This document shows positions 48,711 through 61,205 of a DNA stretch of 64,000 bases, piece by piece (the first letter of the stretch is position 1; each line of letters begins with the position of its first letter). Under the pieces are notes generated by a model. It saw only the letters and a program-made list of their open reading frames with translations, was not told the DNA's origin and did no database searches. Source of the DNA: Malacoraja senta (Eukaryota); contig JAXLNO010000065.1 of assembly GCA_038087875.1 (NCBI GenBank), positions 62,001-126,000 of the forward strand. Direction: 5' to 3'. Position numbers and translations under genes: made by a program.

Positions 48711-49895
48711 AAAAGTCACAGGACTTGCGAGGATTCCTTCTTCTGCAGGACGTTAATGAACCAGATAGGTTTTTACACAATCCAGTGGATTGATTTGTCC
48801 TACCATTACTGAGAGGAATTTGCCTTTTTTTTAATGTCAAGTTTATTAAAATTCAATTTAAATTCCCCTGCTATCAAGGGTGGGATTTGAATTTGAATCT
48901 TTGGAACTTGGCGGATAGTCTAGTAACCTAACCAGTAAGCTGTGACATCTCGAAAAATTACTCTACATTATGTAAAAAAAATGATGCGCCTTGTGTACAT
49001 GTATGGACATACACGCAAGCACACACACATACATACGCAAACATACGCATGCATATACACACGCACACACATGAGTTCACAGACACACGCACACTATTTT
49101 GTTCTTAACTGGTGCTTTAGCTGCCAAGCATCCTCTGACTTTCTCTCCCCACCAAACAGGAATTGCAGAGTAACAGTTCTGTGAGACTTGGTGCTTCTTG
49201 AATTATTCAACTGCTGGAGCTTCAAAGATGATTTAATTCAAGTCCTTGAGTTGCTCGATAGCAGCAGATTGCCTCCGTTGGTATCCCAGTGTACAGAAGG
49301 CTGATCCTCTCCACCTCTGGGCTCCTAATCCATCTCCGATAGTTTACACAGGACTGAGCCCGAACAAGAGACTATGTTCACGGGCATAGCTTAGTACCCA
49401 AATTATTAACGACCAGACAATGTTTCAGACCATCTCTCTGCTCTCTGACTCCAGATCCTTCCCTATCACTCTCTTTTTCTGCTACTCTTTCTCTCTCCAT
49501 CAGCACTGCCTTGTAAGCTCAGATCTGCAGTGATCAGGGGTTATGGGGAGAAGGCAGGAGAATAGGGTTGAGAGGGATAGATAGATAGGCCACAATTGCA
49601 TGGCGGAGTAGACTTGATGGGCCGAATGGCCTAATTCTGCTCCTATAGCTTATGAACATGAATTTATGAATCAGGGAGCATGCACACCCACTCCAATGGC
49701 AAATTGGTGCTTTGTCTAGATGTGATTGTGAACGGGTTGCTGATTGCCATTTACTGATCAGTTGTACATGGTATATTGGTCACTGACTATAATCCATCTA
49801 CCAAATACTAATCGTACATTGTCTCGTCTCCTCTCTGTGTTCATACCTGGTCTCCTTGCTCCTTATTTCACATTGCCATTTCTTTTATCTAAATA

Positions 49896-51448
49896 CTAGA
49901 CTAAGTGGGACCCATTGGGTCCCATGTTCACACGGGAGGGGTGGTCCCCCAACGCAATATTCCACCTCTTCACCAATTCCAATATTGGTGGCCAGTTGGC
50001 AGGGGGGCTTTCTGGAGCGCTAGTATGGGTATTGTGGGCTGAAGGGACCGTTTTCCAGAGGGCTAGTATGGACATTCTGGGCCAAATGGATTCTTGGGGT
50101 GACAGCTCTGTCACTCAAGCCTGATGTGCTGGCAGCTCACTCACGGCTGGTGGGCTGGCAGTTGACTCATGGCTATTCCTTGAAATTCCATTTCAAGCAG
50201 GGTGCAAGGCCACCAAATTCAAGTGCAGTTTCATGCCACTTCAAGCAGGGTGCAAGGCCACCAAATGGTAGTGCTGTTTCATACCATTTCATGCAGGGTG
50301 CAAGACCACCAAATTCAAATGCAGTTTCATACCATTTCATGCAGAGTGCAAGGCCACCACATTCAAATGCAGTTTCATACCATTTCATGCAGGGTGCAAG
50401 GCCACCACATTCATATGCAGTTTCATACCATTTCAAGCAGGGTGAAACCACCATAAAACCACACAAATCACCACATAAACACCACACTCACAGTTCAGTG
50501 GACATTCAGTGTGTTCAGTTGATTCACAGCTCAGACAGTCGTGACCTATCCCTCCCCCATCTTGCAGAGACTGAGCCACACCCACACTTCCGGGTTTTAT
50601 AATCCTCCCCCTCCCACCGGAAGGGGCGTGGCTTTCATGGTGTGATTGACAGGAGAGAGGTTCTCAACGTTTTTTAAACACTAATAACACTTTTATTTTT
50701 CATTGATGGGAAGAATCCTCTGCACCTGATGAACGGAGTGGGACTGAGTAAGATGGCCAAAAATCACAGCCGTAAGTGGTAGCGATTTATCTAAAATCAA
50801 TATACAGTGCAAACAGGAAGTTGTCAAGTTACCACCACCAACAACCATTTGCAGTGCAGCATTTCAAAGCAGTTACCACCACCAACAACCATTTGCAGTG
50901 CAGCTTTTCAAAGCAGTTACCACCACCAACAACCATTTGCAGTGCAGCATTTCAAAGCAGTTACCACCACCAACAACCATTTGCAGTGCAGCTTTTCAAA
51001 GCAGTTACCACCACCAACAACCATTTGCAGTGCTGCATTTAAAAGCAGTTACCACCACCAACAACCATTTGCAGTGCAGCATTTCAAAGCAACCACATTT
51101 TCATTTTCAAACCACACTAAGGGCACTCACAGTGTTATTCACAGCTCAGAGAGACGTGACCATCTCGCTTCTTCCATCTTGCAGAGACTGAGTGAGGCAC
51201 AACACTTCTGGGTTTTATAGTCCCTCCCGCCTCCCACCAGCAGGGGCAGCAGAGAGAATGTCAACATTTTTAAATCATTAATAACTCTTTTATTTTTCAT
51301 CGATGGGAAAAATCCTCTTGTCCTGCACAGCGGAGGGGGACTCTGAGTAAGACGGCCAAAAATTACAGCCATAAGTGGCAGCGTTTTTTCAAAAATCATG
51401 AAACAGAAAAACAGGAAGTGGTCAAGATCTTACTTTTAGTAATATAGA
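49896..51448 (-). mobile_element. Non-autonomous Helitron, complete
   Basis: Minus strand runs 5' TCTATATTACTAAAAG ... GGGACCC-AAT-GGGTCCC hairpin, 7 nt, CTAG 3'; inserted between A and T, no TSD; 48-bp array at 50190-50445 and 44-bp array at 50828-51090. Confidence 0.9.
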
Positions 51449-51749
51449 TATAACAACAACCACAACATCAAAAAATAGTCAAGAGTCAAGATGTCCTATG
51501 TCCCAAAACCGGACAAAAAATGTCTTACTTCCAGCAGCACAGCAGATATGTAAACATATTACTCTGTAAAACCTAAAATAAATGACAACAAAAAAAGTTC
51601 AGTGTATATATATGTGACTGAAAAAGGGTCTCGACATGAAACGTCACCCATTCCTTCTCTCCTGGGTTGCTGCCGTCCCGCTGAGTTTCTCCAACATTTT
51701 GTGTCTACCTTCGATTTAAACCGGCACCTGCAGTTCTTTCTTACACACA

Positions 51750-51995
51750 ATGTAATGCTGAGGCTTTATAAGGCACTGGTCAGACCGCATTTGGAGTATT
51801 ATGAGCAGTTTTGGGCCCCATATCTGAGGAGGGATGTGCTGGCATTGGAGAGGGTCCAGAATAGGTTTAAGACTATGGTCCCAGAAATGATTGGGTTAAC
51901 ATATAATGAGCATTTGAAGGCACTGAACCTGTACACGCTGGAGATTAGAAGGATGAGGGGGTACCACATTGAAACTTACCAAAAGTGAAAGGCCG
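51750..51995 (+). mobile_element. CR1 ORF2 fragment
   Basis: LRLYKALVRPHLEYYEQFWAPYLRRD. Confidence 0.8.
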
Positions 51996-53413
51996 ATGCA
52001 TCCGGAGAAAATCCACACGGCACGGATAGAACGTGCAAACTTCATATAGACAGCTCCCGAGGTCAGGATTAAATCTGGGGGTCTTTGGTTTTGAGAGACA
52101 GCAGCTCTACCAGTTGGGCCATTGACACGATTGATTCTTGACCCCTTCCAAATGGGATTGTAATCAGAAGTGAGACTAAAGACAAATGCACCTCAACCTA
52201 TGCTCACCTGGTTGAGTGCTCCACACAGCTGGAGGTGGCCTTGAACCAATGAACCCTGGGCACTGGACAGCTTCCTTCAACACCTACATCTCACTCTCCA
52301 GGTCATATACATCCCCACAGCCGATGCATCATAGAGCCATACAGTGAGGAAACTGATCCTTCCACGCAACTTGCCCACACCGAGCAACGTCCCATCTACA
52401 CTAGTCCCACTTGCCTGCATTTGGCCCATATCCCTCTATTCCTGTCCTATTTATGTACCTGTCTATATGCTTCTTAAATGTTGCCTTGTCTCAACTACCT
52501 CCTCCAGCAGCTCGTTCCTTACACCCACCACCCTTTATGCGAAAAAGTTACCCCTCAGATTCCTACAAAATCTTTCCTCCTTCACCTTAAACCTATGCCC
52601 TCTGGGTCTTGATTCCCCCACTCTGGGCAAGAGACTCTGTGACAGTAAATGAGCTTGAACACCAGACCCCTCCTTGGATCAGAATCCCCATTCCTTTCCT
52701 CCCCTTCCCCTGCTGATTCAGGCAAAGGTTGGCATCTCCATAAGGGAAGGACATCTCACCATTGCCAGAACGTTCAATTCTACTGTGCCTGGCCCGCTGA
52801 GTTACTCCAGCATTTTGTGTCTACCTATTTAAATCAGCATCTGCAGTTCCTATAAAATTGAGAATTTAAATTTAGTATATAAAACTATACATAGGATGCG
52901 GTTCATTCCCTGACTTCTGACTGTCCACTCATTGAAGACTGTATACGTGCAGACACATGAGACGGCAGATGCTGGAATCTTGAGTAAAAAAACAAAGTGT
53001 TGGAAGAACTCAGCTGGTCAGGCAGCATTTGTGGAGGGAAATGGACAAAGGATATTTTGGGTCAGGACCCTTTTTCAAACGTTGGGTGACCATTCCCTGC
53101 ACTGATGCTACCTGATGTGCCGAATTACTCTCGCTTTGTCAGGCAGTGTCTCTGTGGAACATGGATGGGTGACGTTTTGAATTGGGACCCTAGTTGGCTA
53201 TACAATGTGAGATCATTGTTGTGTGAGTATCTTCTGGTTTCTGACCTGACACCTTCAGTTAATACATGATGAAGCATTGTTACAACCCTAATATTTGTAG
53301 TAATATTGTATATATTTTTTTGTTTATTATGTGTTTATAGGCCTGTTAAGCTGCTGCAAGTAAGAATGTCATTGTTCTATAGTCGGTACATATGACAATT
53401 AAATGCAAGATAG

Positions 53414-53605
53414 TGTGGCGGTCCCTGTATATTAGGCCACTCCTTGGGTCATCCCCCTCGGCACTTGAGGGACTAGGACGGGTGGACTGCCCATTGGTTT
53501 CGGGTTACTGCTCGGGGGGATCTGAGAGTTTGTCATGCCTTCATTAAAGGACTTTTGAACCTGCCTGGCGTCTAGCCTTTTTCTGACCTTGTCCAGGCCA
53601 CTACA
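53414..53605 (+). repeat. 5' LTR (192 bp)
   Basis: TGTGGCGG...CCACTACA; ATTAAA polyA signal. Confidence 0.95.
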
Positions 53606-53606
53606 T

Positions 53607-53620
53607 TGGTGATCCCGATG
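53607..53620 (+). other. Primer-binding site, tRNA-Trp type
   Basis: TGGTGATCCCGATG versus tRNA-Trp 3' complement TGGTGACCCCGACG (two C>T changes). Confidence 0.75.
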
Positions 53621-53636
53621 TTCATCACGCATCGTG

Positions 53637-54460
53637 ATGGACCAGAACCTCCATGTCGCGCTGAAGCTCCCGACTTTGTGGACAGAAGAGCCTGATGTCT
53701 GGTTCCAGCAGGCAGAGGCACTTTTTGCTCTGCGGGGTGTGACGGTGGATGAAACCAAGTACTATTACGTCATCGGCGCTCTTGACCAGGCAACTGCGAG
53801 GCGAGTAAAACCTCACCTCTGTCCCCCCACCCCCCCCCCCCCCCCCCCCCCCCCCGGCAGCTAACAAATATGCGGGCAGCAAGGCCCTGCTCATCAGGAG
53901 GTTTGGCCTTAGCGAGTCTGAGCGGGCAGCTCGGATTCTGAGTATGGACGGCCTCGGTGACCGCCGGCTGTCGGCCCTCCTGGAGGACATGCTCGTCCTT
54001 ATGGGCGACCACGAGCCCTGTTTTTTATTTAAACATGCCAAGCTCCAGCAGCTCCCGCCCGACATCCGCCTGCAGCTCGCCAGCGATCCCTTCACCGACA
54101 AGCATGTGCTGGCCGAGCGCTCCGACCAGCTGTGGATGTCCCGTCAGCGGGACCTGGAAGAGCTGATCATCCTTCCCGCGGCATCGGGAAGTGCAGAGCA
54201 GGTCGGGGCCTGCATCGACTGCGTCTCGGCCGCTTCCAGATGACATCCGCGGCGAAATCCGGCCGCCAAAGGGCATTCCAGCGCAGGCACGTCGCTCCAT
54301 CACGGTCCGCCTGCAGTTCCCTCCGATGCCAGCAGAGGTCACGGGTGATCAGCCCAGCCCAGCCCAGCCATCTCCTTTTCCACTGGATGCCAGCAGAGGG
54401 GGCTGGTGCTATTATCACTGCCGCTGGGGAGCTGCAGCCAGGCAATGTCGCCCGCCCTGA
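53637..54460 (+). pseudogene. Gypsy gag, frameshifted
   Basis: LKLPTLWTEEPDVWFQQAEALF N-terminus; broken at a poly-C run 53823-53855; CYYHCRWGAAARQCRPP-stop is a CX2HX9CX3C knuckle with the last Cys replaced by TGA. Confidence 0.85.
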
Positions 54461-54499
54461 ATTTTCCCTGGAAATGCATGGGCTGGTCGTCAGTGAGTC

Positions 54500-57300
54500 C
54501 TTCGGCGGCCGGCCATATTCATTGCGTCTTCGCCTGGGATCGCTGCACCGGGGGTCGGTTCCTCGTGGACACCGGGGCGGAGGTGAGTGTGCTGCCTCCG
54601 TCCATCGCTAACATCCGTGTGGACAAACGCGGCGCCCTCCTCACTGCGGCGAACGGGAGCCCTATTCGTACTTACGGAGTCCGCACTATCTCCCTCAACT
54701 TCGGCCATAACTGCTTTTCGTGGGAGTTTGTCATCGCCGATGTTTCCCAGCCGCTGCTGGGTGCCGACTTCCTTCGAGCGCATTCACTCCTCGTGGATGT
54801 CAAGCGGCAGCGCCTGGTGCACTCCATCACGCTGGAGCCGGTCTCCCTCTGCGTTGGTGATCCGGTTGCAGGCCCTGATGGCCCCCTGTCGTCTGTGGAT
54901 GCAACTTTCGCGCGCATCCTAGCGGATTTTCCGGAAATCCTCGAACCCCACTTCCGCTCCTCCGCCACCAAGCATGGGGTGGAGCACCACATTCTGACTA
55001 CCGGCCTGTCCGTGCACGCCCATGCACGTCGTCTCACGCCGGACAAGCTCCGTCTAGCACGGGAGGAGTTCCGCCTGATGGAGTCGATGGGCATCGTGCA
55101 TCCCTCCGATAGCCCATGCGCGTCACCACTCCACATGGTCCCCAAGGCGGGCGGGGGTTGGCGCCCGTGTGGGGATTACCGTCGCCTGACTGATGCGACC
55201 GTCGCCGACAGGTACTCGGTCCCGCACATTCAGGACTTCAATGCCCATCTGGCTGGAGCATCGGTGTTCTCCAACGTGGACCTCGTGCGCGGGTACAACC
55301 AGATTCCGGTCCACCCGGACGATATCTCTTAGACAGCAATTATTACACCGTTTGGGCTGTTTGAATTTTTGCGGATGCCGTTCGTGTTGAAGAACGGCGC
55401 GCAGGCCTTCCAGCGGCTTATGGATTGTTTGTGCTGTGGCCTGGACTTCGTATTCGTCTACTTGGACGACACACTCGTGTCCAACCACTCGCGGCGCACT
55501 GCATCCACCTCCGTTAGCTGTGTCAGCGCCTCAGCGTTTACGGGTTGGCTATCAACTCGTCCAAGTGCCGTTTCAGGGTGACGGCCATTGACTTCCTCGG
55601 CCATCACGTAACTTCACAAGGGGTGGTGCCTCTGCCGGCCAGGGTGGATGCTGTCCGCCGGTTCCCCCGTCCAACCACAGTTAAGGGCTTCCAGGAATTC
55701 GTGGGGATGGTCGCATTTTATCACCGCTTCTTGCCGGCGGTGGCCGGAATCATGCGCCCGCTTTTCCACCTAATCGCGGTCATCACAAGGAGGTTGAGTG
55801 GTCCGACGAAGCGGGTAGAGGCATTCGAGAATGCTAAGGAGGCCCTGGCTGGGGCCACGATGCTCGTCCATCCACGGCAGGTCACCCCGACCGCCCTGAC
55901 AGTGGACGCTTCTGAGGTGGCGGTTGGGGCAGTGCTGGAGCAGCTTGTTGACGGCTGCTGGTGGCCACTCGCCTTCTTCAGCAGGCACCTCAATGGTGCT
56001 CAGTGCCATTACAGCGTTTTTGACCGTGAGTTTCTCGCCCTGTACCTCGCTGTACGCCACTTTCGGTATTTCCTGGAGGGGAGGCCCTTCACTGCCTTCA
56101 CGGATCACAAGCCGCTAACATTCGCATATGCCAAGGTTTCAGACCCGTGGTCTGCGCAGCAGCAGAGGCAGTTGGCGTACGTGTCAGAGTACACCACCTC
56201 AATCCGCTTCGTGGAGGGTAAGTACAACAGGGTGGTCAACGCCTTATCGCGACCTGCGGTTCACGCCGTTCTCCAAGTCGCTGAGGGTATTGATTATTCC
56301 GCTCTGACAACCGCACAGCTGGTAGACGAGGAAATGGCCGCCTATCGCAGAGCAGTATCGGGCTTGCAGTTGGAGGACGTTGTCTGTGGTCCTGGGGGCG
56401 CAACGCTGCTGTGCGATGTCTCCACTGGACTTCCGCGACCCATTGTCCCCGTAGCCTGCCGGCGCAGGGTGTTCGAGGTGCTCCACGGGCTTGCGCATCC
56501 CTCCATCAGGGCAACAACGGCCCTCGTAGCCTCCAGCTTCATGTGGCACGGGCTGCGCTGTGGTCGGCCATGGCACGCCTCCTGGCGGTTCGCCTACACC
56601 ACGCGACGGCGTATCATCCGCAGGCGAACGGCCTGGTGGAGCGGTTTCACCGCAAACTTAAGGATGCCCTGAAGGCATGGCGCACGGATCCGGACTGGGT
56701 AGATGCCCTGCCGTGGGTTTTGCTGGGGATCCGCACCGCACCCAAAGAGGACTTGGCCTCCTCCTCTGCCGAGTTGGTGTATGGGTCCCCGTTGACGGTG
56801 CCCGGGGAGTTCATCCCGTCGGCACGGGGCCAGGTGGAGCAGCCTTCTGATGCCCTGCAACGTGTTCGGCAGACGGTGGGCAAGCTGGCGCCGGTGCCCA
56901 CGTCTCGTCATCGGTCCGTCCATCCGTACGTTCCCTCTGCTCTGGAGGACTGCCAGTTCGTCTTCCTGCGCAGGGATGCTCATCGGACACCCCTTTAACG
57001 GCCGTACGAGGGTCCCTTCCGGGTCCTGGAACATGGTTCGTCCACTTTCGTCCTGGACATGGGGGGTCGGCGTGAGACCGTTTCGGTTGCGCGGCTGAAG
57101 CCGGCGCATGTTGACATTGATCAGCCGGTGCTGGTCGCGCGGCCCTACCTGCGAGTGCGCCCTCCGTCTAGGGTACCTCCTCCAGTGGCTACTCCATCCC
57201 CTGCACCTGTTGGTCGGTTGCTGGTTCCTGTGCCGGGCGTGGTGCGTACCAGGGCTGGTCACCGCGTGCGCCCTCCTGTCCGTTTCGTGCCTCCGGGTCT
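54500..57300 (+). pseudogene. Gypsy pol (protease, RT, RNase H, partial integrase), disrupted
   Basis: FLVDTGAEVS; WRPCGDYRRL; FVYLDD; LTVDASE, TDHKPL; HGLAHP then AYHPQANGLVERFH; stops at 55330 and 56996; integrase core deleted. Confidence 0.92.
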
Positions 57301-57312
57301 TGGGGAGTGTCC

Positions 57313-57511
57313 TGTGGCGGTCCCTGGATATTAGGCCACAGCGTGGGTCATCCCCCTCGGCACTTGAGGGACAGGGACGGGTGGACTGCCCATTGGTTTC
57401 GGGTTACTGCTCGGGGTGGTGGGGGATCTGAGAGTTTGTCATGCCTTCATTAAAGGACTTTTGAACCTGCCTGGCGTCTAGCCTTTTTCTGACCTCGTGC
57501 AGGCCACTACA
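57313..57511 (+). repeat. 3' LTR (199 bp)
   Basis: About 8 substitutions and one 7-bp indel versus the 5' LTR; preceded by a degenerate PPT TGGGGAGTGTCC. Confidence 0.95.
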
Positions 57512-57820
57512 ATAGACACAAAAAGCTGGCGTAACTCGGCAGGTCAAACAACATCTCTGGATTAAAGGAATAGGTGATGTTTCGGGTCGACACTCTTCTT
57601 CAAAACACCCGTCTGAAGAAGGGTCTTGACCTGAAACGTCACTTTTTCCTTTTCTCCAGAGATGCTGTCTGACCTGCTGAGTTATTCCAGCTTTTTGTGT
57701 CTATCTTCGGTTTAAACCGGTATCTGCAGTTCCTTCCCACACACTGACAATTAAACAATCTTGATTCTATATAGTATGGTGCATTGACTCCTGCAAGTAA
57801 CCAGTTACAACCCACTTTAG

Positions 57821-58050
57821 TGTGATCGGAAGGAACTGCAGATGCCCGTTTATACTGAAGATGGACTCAAAGTGCTGGAGTAACTCATCAGATAAGGCAG
57901 CATCTCTGGAGAAAAGGATAGGTGACGTTTCAGGTCGGGGCCCTTCTTCGGACTAAAAGGATCCCAACTTGGAACATCACCCACCCTTTTTCTCCAGAGA
58001 TGCTGCCTGACCCGCTGAGTTTCTCCAGAACTTTGTATCTATCTTTGGTG
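57821..58050. mobile_element. Hammerhead-family short retroposon, inverted form
   Basis: Perfect 13-bp TSD CAACCCACTTTAG at 57808-57820 and 58051-58063. Confidence 0.8.
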
Positions 58051-59734
58051 CAACCCACTTTAGATTCAGCAGGTTAAAGCAGTCCTGACAGATGGACTCA
58101 GACCTAAAACATCAGCTCTGTTTCTCTTCTCGCAGATGCGGCCTAATATGCTGAGTATTTCCAGCATTTTCTATTTTTGTTTTAGGTTAAAACATGACTG
58201 GATGAAGTTAATTTTCCTCTAAGCCCAGCTCATTTCAAAGCTGCATTCTGCAACCCCTGCCCGTGCTTTGATGGCACTCCCTGAACAAGGCGTAGCTCTC
58301 AGAACATACTGTGGGCTGGTGCCAGGGGACATGCAGTGGTGCCAAGTGTACCAACCTCACACACACTCACACACACGTGCTCGCCAGGAGCTATTAATTA
58401 CAAGGGCACCCCCTCTAGAGAAAATGTAATGCAATTGTAAGTAAAAGTACATTCTTGTTTATTGTTGACAGAGATTTGGGGATTAAGGCATCAAATCCCT
58501 TGGGCAGATGGTCCAGTGCCACTGTGTGTGATGGTATGCCAGGGTAAAGGTTACTGGCCGCAGTGTTGAATTTGTCCCATGGCACTTGGAAGCCACGTTC
58601 TCCGGAGCACCTAATGTACCCTCTCCACCCATCCTTGACCTCTGCCTCACCTCCTTCTGTCCCACTGGAGACCTCACTGTCCCGTGGGGTTCAGTGGCGC
58701 AGGCCTGCGCCTGTGTGCTCAGCTGACGCCCCCTCGTCGTCGGCGTTCCCTGCAGCTCCGTACGAACGCCACACTTCTCACTCGGCACGCCACCGCTCCT
58801 GCTCGTCTCCTGTTTGTTTTGACTGCTGCCTGATTTCCAAGCTGAGGATGCATTCCCCCCGGGCTCCATTAACACTCCCTCAGCTCGGCGAGCTCCTCAG
58901 AGCCTGCCTTCCAGACTGAAGATGAGACAGAAATATAACATGCCAGATTCAGCAGTCAAAGCAGACAGGCAGGCAGGCAGGCAGCTCAGGGACTGCTTCC
59001 CCACTGTCGAGCTCATCCACTTTCACCAGCCCCGCTTTGCAAGGGGAACTGCTGGCCCAGGAGGCCATTCAGTAGCACAGCTGGTAGAGCTGCTGCCTCA
59101 CAGCGACAGAGACCCAGGTTTGATCCTGACCTCAAGTGCTGTCTGCATGAAATTTTCACATTCTCCCTGTGACTGAGTAGATTTCCTCCAGGTGCCCTGG
59201 TTTCCACTCAAATCCCAAAGACATGCAGTTTTGTAGGTTTATTGGCCTCTGTAAATTGCCCCTAGTGCGCAGAGAGTGGATGCGAATGTGGGATAACATA
59301 GAACTAGTGTGAATGGGTGATCGATGGTCGGCGTGGACCGAAGGGCCTATTTCTATGCTGTATCTTGAAACCAAAGCAAACTAACCGAACCTTTCACCTG
59401 GCAGGGAGTGCACCACTGCTGAACACAAGAGATCCAGTCCCTCAAGCCTGCCCCACCATGCAATGTAATCATGGACAATCTATACTGATGTCAACTCCTC
59501 TTCTATGCCAATTCCCCATAGCCCTCACTCCCTCAATCGTTCAAATATTTCGTTAACCTCTCCTTAATTATAGCTAATGCTACAGCTCCCACCACCCCTG
59601 GTAGCAGAGAATTGCAGAGATTTATCACCTGGGAGTGAATAAATTTCTATGCACCTCAGTTATAAACAACCAGTCCCCATGTTGCCTCTATGTCCACTGG
59701 GGACAATTATAAGGTTCAGTTTAGTTATTCAGTT

Positions 59735-60185
59735 TAGTTTAGTTTATTATTATTACATCTACTGAGGTATAGTGAAAAGCTTTTTGTTGCATGCTATCCA
59801 GTCGCGAAAAGACTATCCATGATTACAATCAAGCCGTCCACAGTGTACAGATAGAGGATAAAGGGTATAATGTTTAGTGCAAAGTAAAGTCCTGTAAAGT
59901 TTGATTGAAAATAGTTTGAAAGTCTCCAATGGGTGATAGATGAGAGGTCAAGACCGCTCTCTAGTTGGTGGTAGGATGGCTCAGTTGCCCGATTACAGCT
60001 GGGAAGAAACTGTCATTGAAACTTCTGTACCTCTTGCCTGATGGGAAAGGGGAGAAGAGGGAGTGACTGGGGTGAGACTGCTCCTTGATTATTCTGGTGG
60101 CCTTGCCGAGGCAGCGTGAAGTGTAGATGGAGTCAATGGAAGGGAGGCTGGTTTGCGTGATGGTCTGGGCTGCGTCCACAGTGGA
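59735..60185 (-). mobile_element. Rex/Babar LINE 3' fragment
   Basis: ORF 59961..60233 VDAAQTITQTSLPSIDSIYTSRCLGKA matches the 3471..3893 ORF. Confidence 0.8.
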
Positions 60186-61205
60186 TGGAGCTGTTCCCAA
60201 ACCCTGCTGTGAAGCACCCTGAACAAAATGCAATAAAATGTCAATGCAAAGAGGAAGTTTATGTCCTTCCTTCCTTCCTAAAAAAGATTTGAATGTAAAC
60301 AGTGACTTTCAGTTTCATTGCAGTCCAAAAGTACTTTGCTGCTGCCTTTGTAGTTCATGTGATGCATTCATATTATGATTGACTCACAGCGACCAATGTG
60401 TGCAGGATAAACTTCCACAAACTACAGTGTGATCTTTTCCCATAGCCTATTTCAACGCTGATCGTGTAAACCAGGACACCAGCAACATCTTTTCCCCGGT
60501 ATAATTCAATCACATATTTTATTTCTACTTGTGAACATGAAGTTATACCCCATAGTTACTGGAAATCCGAAATAAAACAGTGACTGCTGGAAATCTGCGG
60601 CATCGATTCCCTCATCCAGTTCTTCCCCACAGCCATCAGGCTATTAAACACGACAGCAAATAAGCTCTGAACTATAACAGACTATTATTATTATTGCACT
60701 ATGTTTGTTTATTTATTGAGAATGTGTGAATGTGTACATATACACACTGAATCTTTTTTTCCCCCATTATGTACTATGTTTATATATTCTGTTGTGCTGC
60801 AGCAAGTAAGAATTTCACTGTCCTGTCTGGGACATGACAATAAAACACTCTTGACTCTTGACTCTTAACATCTAATGTGAAAAGTAGTGGACCCAACACT
60901 GACCCCTGCGGAACACCACTAGTCACTGGCAGCCCCACTTTATTTACACTCTTTGCCTTCTGTCAGTCAGCCAATCTTCTATTCATTCTAATATCTTCCC
61001 TCTAATGCCATGGGCTCCTACACTTTCACATGTGGCCTTCTAAAACCCAAGTAAGTAAGCATCCACCGACTCTCCCTGTCTGCTTGTTGCCTCTTTTAAA
61101 AACTCCAACAGATTTGTCAGACAGAATCTCCCTTAACAAAACGGTACTGACTTTGGCCTATTTTATCAAGTGCTTCCAAGTACCCCCGAAATATCACCCT
61201 GATAA

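Larger units (their letters stand above)
53414..57511 (+). mobile_element. Ty3/Gypsy LTR retrotransposon, CsRn1-like, full length but decayed
   Basis: TG...CA LTRs; 4-bp TSD ATAG at 53410-53413 and 57512-57515; tRNA-Trp-like PBS; gag-PR-RT-RH-IN order. Confidence 0.95.

Noticed and set aside
50099..51220. Repeat-protein-like ORFs and regular arrays suggesting CRISPR
   Set aside because: Head-to-tail 48- and 44-bp minisatellites with no unique spacers
53634..57262. Domesticated gag/pol gene
   Set aside because: Multiple stops, frameshifts and an integrase deletion between LTRs with a TSD indicate neutral decay
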